A stretch of 64,000 nucleotides of DNA, taken from positions 10,440 through 74,439 of the forward strand of contig CAMAVK010000002.1 of NCBI GenBank assembly GCA_945861715.1, read 5' to 3'. A model generated the notes under the pieces. The model did no database searches and was not told the origin of the DNA. It saw only the letters and a list, made by a program, of their open reading frames with translations. Origin of the DNA: Candidatus Woesearchaeota archaeon. GTDB taxonomy: Archaea; Nanobdellota; Nanobdellia; Woesearchaeales; GW2011-AR9. Shown one piece after another: positions 1 through 8,961 of the stretch; position 1 is the stretch's first letter; every line of letters begins with the position of its first letter. The translations under genes were made by a program, and so were the position numbers.

Positions 1-15
1 AAGGTTGATAATTGT

Positions 16-675
16 TTAATTTTGTTGGTTTTTTTTTGCTTCTTGCTTCGCTTCTCGTCTTGATTTTATAATTTCATATACTAATGGGATGAATGAGACA
101 AGGATTACTCCTATTACAAAACTGCCAAAGTGATCTTGTACAAATTGAAAGTTGCCAAAGAAGTAACCAATTGGGGTGAATGCACAAACCCATAGAATCC
201 CGCCAATGATGTTATAGAGGAGAAAAGTGGAGTAGTTCATTTTACCAACGCCAGCCATGAATGGAGCGAAGGTCCGCACTATGGGAATGAACCTAGCTAA
301 GATAATGGTTTTTTTACCATGTTTGTGGTAGAATTGTTCTGTTTTTTCGATATGCTTTTGTTTTATCCAATTCTTTGCAATGATTTTTTTCCCTAAATAA
401 CTTCCTATCCAATAATTTGCCGTATCTCCTAATATTGCTGCGACGCTGAGTAAAATGAGTAGGAGGGGGAGATTGAGGATTCCTTGCGCGGCAAATGCAC
501 CAAGCGTAAATAAAAGTGAGTCTCCTGGCAGAAAGGGGGTAAATACGATTCCAGTTTCAGCAAAAATAATGAGGAACATGAGAACGTAGGTACTTGTTCC
601 GTATTGAGCTATTATTGCAGCAAGGTGTACATCAATATGAAGTATGAACTCAAGGAGTGTGGATATGGCGGACAT
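16..675 (-). CDS. dedA: DedA/VTT-domain membrane protein
   Basis: Family motifs FAETG..FLPGDSLLF, AAILGD..NY.IG and ARFIPIVRTFAPF.AG; hydrophobic segments. Confidence 0.93.
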   Translation of the reverse strand: MSAISTLLEFILHIDVHLAAIIAQYGTSTYVLMFLIIFAETGIVFTPFLPGDSLLFTLGAFAAQGILNLPLLLILLSVAAILGDTANYWIGSYLGKKIIAKNWIKQKHIEKTEQFYHKHGKKTIILARFIPIVRTFAPFMAGVGKMNYSTFLLYNIIGGILWVCAFTPIGYFFGNFQFVQDHFGSFVIGVILVSFIPLVYEIIKSRREAKQEAKKNQQN

Positions 676-804
676 ATGGTATTTTTAAGGGGTTGTTCTT
701 AATAAATGTAGCGAATATGGAAAAGGTGTTTTTGATTGTAGAAAGATGTTAGTTATTTGCATGTTGTAATGAAAAAATATAAAAAAAAATGGGAACTTAT
801 AGAA

Positions 805-1005
805 TTACGCAGTGTGATCCGTTTCGTCGTCGCCTTCTTCTTCAAGTTCTTGGATTACTTCATCAAACTCTGCTTCAGTCATGATTTTCTTTTTGATTAA
901 GATTTTTACAAGTGCATCAACAAGAAGACTGTTTTCTGAGAGGAGATCTTCGGTGTTCATTTCTTCTTCCTCATGATTGTGATTATTTTGGTTGTTTTGT
1001 GTCAT
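805..1005 (-). CDS. Small acidic hypothetical protein (66 aa)
   Basis: ATG at 1005 preceded by GGAGG; LVDALVKILIKKKIMTEAEF helix pair and acidic tail. Confidence 0.6.
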   Translation of the reverse strand: MTQNNQNNHNHEEEEMNTEDLLSENSLLVDALVKILIKKKIMTEAEFDEVIQELEEEGDDETDHTA

Positions 1006-1079
1006 TTTTTGAGCCTCCGGGTTTCGTTTTTGTTGTTTTTGGCGCAAGATATATAAGGCATTCCCTTGCGTTTTTAAGT

Positions 1080-1907
1080 ATGGCAAAATTGAGGTCTGGG
1101 GTCAGTTCTGTTGTTTCTTCGGTTGCAGCGTATGATGTTCCTCATTATTATGAGCTTGCACTTTGGCATGGAGCGGATTTGGATAAGATTATTTCTTTTC
1201 TTTTGGATGTTCTGAAGGTTCATGGTCGAGTTCAACGGGGAGGTACTGGACGTGTTTTGGAGCTTGCGTGTGGCAATTCGGCTCTTGCATCTGGGTTTAT
1301 GAAACGTGGCTTTCAATTTGTTGGACTGGACTTAAATGAGAAGATGTTGGAGCTTTCTTTGTTGCGGACACGTGAAGCGGGTCACGAGATTGAAGTTCAT
1401 CATAAGGATATGAAGAGTTTTATTATTGAGAAGAAGTGTGATTTGGCGTTTGTGATGTTTAATTCGGTGTATCGGGAGTCAAATGATGAATTTGTTGCGC
1501 ATTTGAAGTGTGTGAGTTCTTCTCTTGTACCTGGTGGATTGTATGTGTTACATATGGTTGTAGAAGGTACGCATGATGATGTGTATACAACGAAGAATTT
1601 TAAATGGAAGGTGAAATCTGGTCCGGTTTCCATTAAGGCTGAGTTTCATCGAGATGTTTTAGATTATGTTGCTCAATTGCGTCGTGAGACATTGCAACTT
1701 CGGGTTGTTGATAAGTTGAAGTCTTCTGATGAGGTGATCTTTACTGAGTCGTCGGTTGATAAGGTCATTTATCCGCAGGAGTTTTTGATGTTGCTTGGTT
1801 CCACTGATTTTGAATTCGTTGGTTGGTTTAATGGGTTTGACTTGTTGGCTACATTGGATTCCACTGTAGGGACAGATTATCTGGTTGCGGTGATTCGGAA
1901 GAAGTAG
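1080..1907 (+). CDS. Class I SAM-dependent methyltransferase
   Basis: Motif I VLELACGNS, then GLDLNEKML and DMKSF; start moved to ATG 1080 because the upstream part overlaps the divergent gene. Confidence 0.85.
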   Translation: MAKLRSGVSSVVSSVAAYDVPHYYELALWHGADLDKIISFLLDVLKVHGRVQRGGTGRVLELACGNSALASGFMKRGFQFVGLDLNEKMLELSLLRTREAGHEIEVHHKDMKSFIIEKKCDLAFVMFNSVYRESNDEFVAHLKCVSSSLVPGGLYVLHMVVEGTHDDVYTTKNFKWKVKSGPVSIKAEFHRDVLDYVAQLRRETLQLRVVDKLKSSDEVIFTESSVDKVIYPQEFLMLLGSTDFEFVGWFNGFDLLATLDSTVGTDYLVAVIRKK

Positions 1908-1990
1908 GTTTTTTGTCACCTCTTTTTTTATAATTTTTAAATTTTTATGGACGACAAACCTTTATAACTGGCATTGTGTTTTTTAGAGTT

Positions 1991-3121
1991 ATGACATTAA
2001 ACCTTATTGATAAAAATGTGATTCAAACATGCAAATTTTTACTGGATGCGTTGTATTTGAAACATAAACAGTTGTATGTGGATTTGTTTTTTTATGAGAA
2101 AGATGTTCTGTTTGGTGACTTTTCGCTTGAGCCGCTTGTTTTGGTTGGTATATTGCAGAGGCAGAAAAATAACAAATTGCGTGCACAGGTACAAGTTTTT
2201 CCAATGTCAGGGAAATTTATTTGTACCGATTTTAATTATTCCTTGCATCGAAAGCGAGGTAAAACCTTCTTGACACAAAAAGATGGGGTATGGGGCATTT
2301 TACCTGAAGAGACTCCTGTTATGGCGAAGAAAGTGGTTGTTCATAGAGGTGATATTGTTTTGGATTTGGCCACTGGTTCTGGCATGATTGCTATTTTTTG
2401 TGCAGATAGAGCCCAGAGAGTTATTGCGACCGATATTAATCCTAAAGCAATTCATTATGCTCGCTTTAATGCTATTTTGAATGGAGTGGATGATAAAATT
2501 GATTTTAGGGTGGGTGACTTGTTTTCTGCTGTTAAGGGGGAGAAATTTGATTTAATTGTGTGGAATGGTCCTACTGTGGCTGTTCCTGAGACATCTGGTA
2601 AGTATCCTATTTATTCAGATGGAGGAATAGATGGGATATCATTTACTCGTCGGTTTGTTGATTCTGCATTGGATTATCTTACGCCCACGGGGAGGTTGCA
2701 ATGGTATGATTGTGCTGTTGGAACCGAGAAAATGCCTGTGTCGATGGAATATTTGCAATCTCAATGGAATAGTAAGGGATTACGAGTTCTATATCATTCG
2801 CTTACCAGTGATGCTGTATCACTTACAAAATCGTTTGCAATTTATGAAAAATATAATCTTAATCAACCCTCCTTTAAAACGCCTTTATCATGTCAGGCCG
2901 TTACCAAAAAAGAGGAAGAAAAGTGGCATGTGTGGTTGACCTCGAGTGGATATACTCATTTTTATTATGCTTTTGTGGAAGTGCGTCCTGCGACAAAATT
3001 TAGTCTTACTTTTCAGTTTCCAGATAAGGATGTTCGATCAGACCGTTACTTGACTCGTTTTTGGTTATGGATGAGCTATGCACGAATTTATCGGATGTTG
3101 AAGTGGTGTGAGAAGTTGTGA
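1991..3121 (+). CDS. HemK/PrmC-like (MTS) SAM-dependent methyltransferase with N-terminal extension
   Basis: VLDLATGSG, ATDINPKA..YARFNA, GDLF, FDLIVWNGPT (variant of NPPY/F), DGGIDG; TTTATAA box about 25 nt upstream of ATG 1991. Confidence 0.85.
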   Translation: MTLNLIDKNVIQTCKFLLDALYLKHKQLYVDLFFYEKDVLFGDFSLEPLVLVGILQRQKNNKLRAQVQVFPMSGKFICTDFNYSLHRKRGKTFLTQKDGVWGILPEETPVMAKKVVVHRGDIVLDLATGSGMIAIFCADRAQRVIATDINPKAIHYARFNAILNGVDDKIDFRVGDLFSAVKGEKFDLIVWNGPTVAVPETSGKYPIYSDGGIDGISFTRRFVDSALDYLTPTGRLQWYDCAVGTEKMPVSMEYLQSQWNSKGLRVLYHSLTSDAVSLTKSFAIYEKYNLNQPSFKTPLSCQAVTKKEEEKWHVWLTSSGYTHFYYAFVEVRPATKFSLTFQFPDKDVRSDRYLTRFWLWMSYARIYRMLKWCEKL

Positions 3122-3134
3122 TTTTTGTGAATGG

Positions 3135-4250
3135 TTAAAAGTAATCATCACAATAATCATCTTGAGGGTCAAATATCTTTTTCCAGTGTGTCAAATCGGG
3201 TATTTCTTTGTATTTGAATTGTTGTATAAATTGGTCTCCAAATTTGTTAATTGTATTTTCAATTTCAATTGGTGGTTTCCAATTGTCTCCCATATATTCT
3301 CTTATCTTTTTGAATAGGTAATAACTTATTTCTGCACCTTTTCGTACTTTGTCTAAGTCTGACAATCCATTTATTTGTTTGGTTTGAGATGATGCGATGT
3401 TTCTAAACAGTTCAATTAGTTCTTCTATTTTGATAGCTGTAATTTCTTGGTCATCGAGAAATACTTTGTATGCGATTAATTTGTCACCGATTGATTCAGA
3501 TGTGATTATGTGATTTACAAAGTTTATTTTGATGTCGCTGTTTTTGTAGATTGCATATATTCTCATTTTCTGGTAGGGTATTTTTAATTCCGGCCATAAT
3601 TCAATTGGATTGAGGTTATGATACTCTCGTATGATCATGATTGCTCCTTCACCAAAGTTTTTACTTACATCATATGGGCCGTGAAAATAGAATCCCCCTG
3701 TCATATAATCATCGTAATAGAGGGTATAACAAAGGTTATTGGATGATATAGTTAATGATGCGATGCTTTTCTGTTCTTCTTTTGAGTTTGGTATATTCCA
3801 TGTGATACTTTTTATGATTTCATGTATTTCATAATTGTGAAGAATTAGGTTTTTTCCATCCAGGCAGAATATGTTGTTCTTTACTTTGTACTTGAGTATT
3901 TCAAATAGTAATAGTGCAAATTGTATTCGTTCTTCTGTGCTGATGTTTGTGATTTCATATTTTTTTGCTACTTTTAGACCGATGATGGCGTTATGTTGTA
4001 GGAATATTCTGATGATGTCAGCAGGGGGCATTAGATTTGCAATTTCTTTTATAGTCAGAGTTTCCTTTAATTTATTTAGACGGTAATACATGTCTAATGA
4101 TTCGTCAACATCGAAGTAGGAATCCATTTGACCGCCGTTTAGTGGCCATGATGTTTTTGGATTCATCCCGCTAAATCCCTCACCTATTGCTCGGATAAAT
4201 TCATCAATTATTTTATCTTGTTCATGAACGGAAGTTTCTGTATGGGTCAT
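3135..4250 (-). CDS. Hypothetical protein (371 aa)
   Basis: Long ORF with globular-type composition; no family recognised. Confidence 0.75.
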   Translation of the reverse strand: MTHTETSVHEQDKIIDEFIRAIGEGFSGMNPKTSWPLNGGQMDSYFDVDESLDMYYRLNKLKETLTIKEIANLMPPADIIRIFLQHNAIIGLKVAKKYEITNISTEERIQFALLLFEILKYKVKNNIFCLDGKNLILHNYEIHEIIKSITWNIPNSKEEQKSIASLTISSNNLCYTLYYDDYMTGGFYFHGPYDVSKNFGEGAIMIIREYHNLNPIELWPELKIPYQKMRIYAIYKNSDIKINFVNHIITSESIGDKLIAYKVFLDDQEITAIKIEELIELFRNIASSQTKQINGLSDLDKVRKGAEISYYLFKKIREYMGDNWKPPIEIENTINKFGDQFIQQFKYKEIPDLTHWKKIFDPQDDYCDDYF

Positions 4251-4271
4251 GTTGTTTTTAGTCTTAAGTTT

Positions 4272-4436
4272 TTATTCCTTCATTTTTGGGATGACCCAGT
4301 AGGCAACGATTGCTGCGAGGGCCATTGTAATCCAGAATGCTAGTGTACTTATTTTATGAAGAAAAAAAAGAATAAAGGTCGCTATAGTTAAGATGGCCAA
4401 TACGAGTCCTAGGATTTTGAGGGGTAGTGGTTTCAT
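4272..4436 (-). CDS. Small two-TM membrane protein (54 aa; not in ORF track)
   Basis: Manual translation MKPLPLKILGLVLAILTIATFILFFLHKISTLAFWITMALAAIVAYWVIPKMKE*; fills the gap between hisS and the 3135..4250 gene on the same strand. Confidence 0.7.
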   Translation of the reverse strand: MKPLPLKILGLVLAILTIATFILFFLHKISTLAFWITMALAAIVAYWVIPKMKE

Positions 4437-4477
4437 CTGTATGCAGTTTTTGTTTTTGTTACTGTTTTGGTTCCGTC

Positions 4478-5761
4478 TTATTTTAGTTCTTTTATAAGTT
4501 CAGCTACTGTTAAGAGTTCTTCAGAGCCACTGATCATATTACGAAGTTTTATTTTTTTGGCTTTAAGTTCGTCTTCTCCGACTATTGCAACAAAGGGTAT
4601 GTTTAATGATGCGGCATATTCAAGATTTTTACTTATGCCTTTTTTACCCATTGCGATTTCGCTTGGAATTCCTTGCCTTCTGAGTTGTTCTGTAATAGCA
4701 AGACAATCACTAATTGTGTTGATGGGGATGACGAGTATTTTTGTTGTTGATTTTAACGTGCCTTCGTCTCTGTTTGTGAGCACGTCCATAATAGGCTCAA
4801 GTCCAAAGGAGATCCCAACAGCAGGTACATTTCTTCCACCGCCTATAAATTTTCCAACCATATCATCGTATCTTCCTCCACCCGCAAGAGAGCCTTTTGG
4901 TTCTTTTTCTGCTGGATTTTTGAGATATGCTTCCATGACAGTTCCGGTGTAGTATGCTTGGCCACGTGCAAGAGAAACGTCGAATTTATAGTTAGTGATT
5001 CCTTGCGCTTTAAGATAAGTGAAGAGTTCTTCAAGTTCGGAGATACCTTCTTTACCTTTTTCAGAGGTGATTTTTTCTTTAAGTTCTGATAAGGAAATTC
5101 CATCACGAATAAGTTCAAAGATTCCATCACATTGTTTTTGAGTGTAGCCGCGCGTTAGAAGTTCTTCTCGCACTCCTTTTTCGAATATTTTGTCAAGTTT
5201 GTCAATCGAAATGATTGCTTCTTTTGTTTCTTTGATTCCTGCTTGCTCGAGGATGCCATCTAAGAGTTTGCGGTTGTTTATTTTGAAATAGACATCAAGG
5301 TTAGCTTGCGTAAAGAATGCATTTGCCATTGTTGCGATTTCAGCATCAGCTAACATGGAATTAGTCCCAACGGTGTCAATGTCACATTGCCAAAGTTCAC
5401 GATATCGTCCTAGTTTTATTGGTCCATCACGAAATACTTCACCCATTTCATAGCGTTTGAATGGGAGTTTGGTATTTGGGTTGCATGATAGATATCTTGC
5501 TAATGAAGTGGTTAGTTCAAATCGTAAAGCAAGGTTTCGTTTTCCTTGGTCTTGGAATTTGAATGTTTCTTTTAGACAATCACTGTCTTCTTCTGCTCCC
5601 CCTTTGGCTGCGAGGGTTTCGTAACGTTCAATAATGGGTGTTTCGAGGGGGAGAAATCCGTAGAGTTCAAAAACGTCTCGCATAATGGTCAACACTTTGT
5701 TTTTGATAATCATTTGAGATGGTTCGACATCTCGTACGCCTTTTGCTAGTTGCATTGTCAT
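4478..5761 (-). CDS. hisS: Histidine--tRNA ligase
   Basis: KGVRD, LALRFELT, motif 2 FRDGPIKLGRYRELWQCDID, LARGQAYYTG, AGGGRYDDM, C-terminal anticodon-binding domain. Confidence 0.97.
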   Translation of the reverse strand: MTMQLAKGVRDVEPSQMIIKNKVLTIMRDVFELYGFLPLETPIIERYETLAAKGGAEEDSDCLKETFKFQDQGKRNLALRFELTTSLARYLSCNPNTKLPFKRYEMGEVFRDGPIKLGRYRELWQCDIDTVGTNSMLADAEIATMANAFFTQANLDVYFKINNRKLLDGILEQAGIKETKEAIISIDKLDKIFEKGVREELLTRGYTQKQCDGIFELIRDGISLSELKEKITSEKGKEGISELEELFTYLKAQGITNYKFDVSLARGQAYYTGTVMEAYLKNPAEKEPKGSLAGGGRYDDMVGKFIGGGRNVPAVGISFGLEPIMDVLTNRDEGTLKSTTKILVIPINTISDCLAITEQLRRQGIPSEIAMGKKGISKNLEYAASLNIPFVAIVGEDELKAKKIKLRNMISGSEELLTVAELIKELK

Positions 5762-5848
5762 TGTATTTACCTCGTTTGTTTTCGTGTTTTTATATGTTAT
5801 TGTTTGGTTTTTTTGTTGTTATTAGTGGGTTTGTGTTTATTGAGGGGT

Positions 5849-6427
5849 TTAGGAGTATTTTTCTAGATACTTTGATCCTAACTTTATTGCAAGGTTGATT
5901 GCTTCTTCGGGAGTCTTTACACCATGTGCGATTTGCCTGGATCTTGCATCGAGATACTTGTTTGCAAGTTGATCTGCCCAACCTCCTGTTCCTTCTATAA
6001 CAATAATGGGGATGTCACTTTGGTACGCAACAGCGATTTCGTTTAAGGTTCCAGAACCTCCACTTACAGCGATTAATACATCGCAACTTAAGGCGAGGAC
6101 GTATTCTCGTCCACCTCCTCGGTCGAGACCGCAGCTGATGATGATGTCGGCGTCTTTTTGGAATACTTTTTTGTCTTTGTTGTAGGTTACTCCTACGGTT
6201 AGGCCTCCTTGTTGTTTGGCTCCTCGACATGCAGCAGTGGACAGTGAGTCACAATCTTTTTCTGCACCGAAGACAAGGATGTTGTTGCTACGTGCTATTA
6301 GTTCGCCGAGTTTTTCTGCTATTGCTTCTAACTCCTTGGTGTATTTGAGGTCCGCTGCGGATCCCATTACTCCTATTTGCAATTTTCTTTGAATTTTTTG
6401 TTGTTGTATGGTATTTGATTGTGTCAT
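5849..6427 (-). CDS. SLOG/LOG-superfamily Rossmann-fold protein (TIGR00725-like)
   Basis: IGVMGS, AACRGAK..GGLTVGV, SCDVLIAVSGGSGTLNEIAVAY, GTGGWAD. Confidence 0.88.
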   Translation of the reverse strand: MTQSNTIQQQKIQRKLQIGVMGSAADLKYTKELEAIAEKLGELIARSNNILVFGAEKDCDSLSTAACRGAKQQGGLTVGVTYNKDKKVFQKDADIIISCGLDRGGGREYVLALSCDVLIAVSGGSGTLNEIAVAYQSDIPIIVIEGTGGWADQLANKYLDARSRQIAHGVKTPEEAINLAIKLGSKYLEKYS

Positions 6428-6428
6428 T

Positions 6429-7238
6429 TTATTTTTCTCCGTTGTATGGTACTTGCGTTCCTATTGTGCTTGCGTTAAATCCATTATTGATTAATTTCTG
6501 CACAAGTAGGTGGTAATATTGTTTGCATAGTTGTGAGACTGGCTCGATGTTCTTTTGAGGTATACTTGCCCAATTGCCTAGGTTTTCCCAGTAGGGGATG
6601 TAGGTTTTTTCTTTTGTTTTTGATTCTACTTGACGTCCGTCGATTCCAAATAAATCTCGTAGTTCGATCCATTCGTAGAAGTTGTAGGTTTGTATCGGAG
6701 TGCACGGTGTTATTTGTTTTATTTTATTGGTTGCTTCTTGCGTGGAAAATCCAAGATAGATTTCTTTTATTACTATTTTTTCTTGTGAGAGCTTGCTCAC
6801 GATTTCTAGAATAGTGTCTCCTCCAAACGCTCCAACATCAGCTAGTATAATCTTTTCGTATTGTGATGCTATCTTTGATATTTGGCACTCTAACGGAGGT
6901 GTATTTGGTCTTGGTGCAAGTGTTATTATACCTGTTTTGGGGTTTGTTTGTCTGGTTACTTCGAGGTAGGCATTTGCGTTTGTGATGTATACTCGATCAA
7001 GACTGATCACAGGCAGATTGTTGCGTTTTGTTAGATATTCTAGAGTTGTTGAGATGTCTTGACAGTTTACTGATACTTGATTTATATCTTGAGGGATATA
7101 GGGCCAGAATTTGGTTAGAAATTCATCTTCTAGTATTTTTATTTCAGTCTTTATTTTTTGGTCTAAGCTGAAATCTAGCTTTCGTTCAAGTGTTTCTGCT
7201 ATATCTTTACTGATTAAGTATGTGCCGACACTCAGCAC
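6429..7238 (-). CDS. Hypothetical protein with possible type I phosphoribosyltransferase-like fold
   Basis: IILADVGAFGGDTI resembles the PRPP-binding loop (hhhhDDhhxxGxT); GTG start uncertain (see findings). Confidence 0.55.
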   Translation of the reverse strand: MLSVGTYLISKDIAETLERKLDFSLDQKIKTEIKILEDEFLTKFWPYIPQDINQVSVNCQDISTTLEYLTKRNNLPVISLDRVYITNANAYLEVTRQTNPKTGIITLAPRPNTPPLECQISKIASQYEKIILADVGAFGGDTILEIVSKLSQEKIVIKEIYLGFSTQEATNKIKQITPCTPIQTYNFYEWIELRDLFGIDGRQVESKTKEKTYIPYWENLGNWASIPQKNIEPVSQLCKQYYHLLVQKLINNGFNASTIGTQVPYNGEK

Positions 7239-7382
7239 TTTTTTGTGCCTTAGCCTCAGTTGGTACCATTGTACTTGATTTGTTCAGTTCGTTTTTTTGT
7301 TTCATTTTATTTTTCTCCTTGTTGTATTTTTTTTGTTGTGTTGGTGTAATGTTTTCTTCTCTGTTTTATCTCTTTGAGATAG

Positions 7383-7545
7383 GCCTGCCACCGGGGATTG
7401 AACCCGGACCGGAAGATGTCTGTTTCTTTTGTTGTACATTTATTTGGAAACCACAGTCTACCGTGCTACCATTACGCACAAAGTGATCGATGTCACTTTG
7501 GCGCACCGGAAAAATCGTTGTTTTTCTGATTGCACTATGGCAAGC
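7383..7545 (-). tRNA. tRNA-His(GTG) with canonical 37/38 intron (7418-7450) and 58-nt D-arm insert (about 7473-7530)
   Basis: Acceptor G-1 CTTGCCA/TGGCAGG C73; anticodon arm GTAGA-CTGTGGA-TCTTC; T arm CCGGG-TTCAATC-CCCGG; perfect BHB AGA CTGT GG^T TTC...GAA ACAG AC^A TCT. Confidence 0.85.
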
Positions 7546-7862
7546 ATTGTTGAGAAATATTGTTTATGCTAAGGGCGCAGTGGCCTATAGATGATGAATT
7601 TTATTTGCTGTGTTGCTTGCTATTTGAGCATTATTTATTTGGTTTAAGAAATAGGTTTTAGAGTTTACTTGTTGCTTTATGTTTACTTTTTGAGAACTTG
7701 ATGAAATAAAAGGGGAGTAGTTTCTTAACAGATTAACTCTAACAATGACGATACTCAACTCCGGTTTGTGTTTTCATAAGTATCTTTAATTGGGTGTTTT
7801 ATTTAAAGGTTTGGGATGTTTTTGTTTATTTTTTTTTGATGATGTTCTTTTTTTGATGAATC

Positions 7863-7893
<31 letters not shown>

Positions 7894-7909
7894 TATCGTT
7901 TATATTTTT

Positions 7910-8242
7910 TTAATAGAGTAATTCTATTAGTTGGTAGGTGTTATCTCGGTTTGCACAGTAGGTTGTTCTTTGTGTGTTGCTGTCGGAACCAAATGTTGCT
8001 GAAGTATCAAATGATTCTGCAATTTGATTTAATTTCCCCACTAATTGAGTTTGTGAAGTGCATCGATATAATTGAACATCCATGCTGGCTAAATCGCGCA
8101 AGAAATCTCTTGCTGGTATTTTTGGTATAAGGCGTGCTTCATCGGAACTAGGTGATTCGGTTCCGTGGCATTGGTGTTTTCGAAAATCGGTGATGTTAAT
8201 GCCCGCTATTGTTTCTATATTTGAGCTTGTTTGTGGTATCAT
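7910..8242 (-). CDS. Hypothetical protein
   Basis: 110-aa ORF with a TATA-like element upstream. Confidence 0.55.
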   Translation of the reverse strand: MIPQTSSNIETIAGINITDFRKHQCHGTESPSSDEARLIPKIPARDFLRDLASMDVQLYRCTSQTQLVGKLNQIAESFDTSATFGSDSNTQRTTYCANRDNTYQLIELLY

Positions 8243-8352
8243 ATTTTAATCATTTTAGATTGAAAATGGGCCGCTTATAAAGATTTCTTCCCATTTAATT
8301 ACACTATTCTTGTTGCAGATGTTTTTTTAAATAAAATCAGTTTCAGAATTGT

Positions 8353-8925
8353 ATGAGAATTATTCAAGGTTGTGAATTGCGTGGGTTTCTTCATGCATCG
8401 AAACAGGCAAAACAGAGTTTGTTGTATATCTCGAAACGATTAGATAAAGCTCCTACAACGGAACGAGCATGGGCTCTGCATCAATATGATTGTTTGGGTC
8501 GCTATTATGGTAATGTTGGGGATAGGGTATTATCTAAGGTTAACGATGATATGAAACTTGGTGGTCATGTGGCGTCCGAATATGATAAGGCTCTTGTTGA
8601 GCGAAATAATTTGCTTGTGAAGGCATGTGAGAATAGGCTGGGGTTAGGAATAACCTATGGTTGGTTTTTTCGGGATATTATTTCTGAGCGCAGAAAATGG
8701 ATGGAAGAAGACTTGCTTTGTTCTTTGCCATTATTTAAATCGAGAGAATTTTATATTCAAGGTACGACATCAAGTCTTTCTGAGATGCTGGCAACGGTTG
8801 CTCTTGGACCTGCGATGATTGAGGTTGCTGAAGAAATGTTGGATTATGGAATAGGGCTTGGTCTTAAACAGGATCACAATTTAATTGTATATGCTTATGA
8901 ACAAATCAAGAGAATATCAAAATAA
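8353..8925 (+). CDS. Hypothetical protein
   Basis: 190-aa ORF with TTTAAATA about 20 nt upstream. Confidence 0.65.
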   Translation: MRIIQGCELRGFLHASKQAKQSLLYISKRLDKAPTTERAWALHQYDCLGRYYGNVGDRVLSKVNDDMKLGGHVASEYDKALVERNNLLVKACENRLGLGITYGWFFRDIISERRKWMEEDLLCSLPLFKSREFYIQGTTSSLSEMLATVALGPAMIEVAEEMLDYGIGLGLKQDHNLIVYAYEQIKRISK

Positions 8926-8961
8926 ATATGTTTAATATTGGTTTTAGAAATATGTTATACC

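Noticed and set aside
7590..7777. Minus-strand frame reading KHKPELSIVIV, like a GT2 glycosyltransferase start or the N-terminus of the 10876 gene
   Set aside because: Out of frame with its ATG, and the similarity stops after about 10 residues; cannot be distinguished from chance
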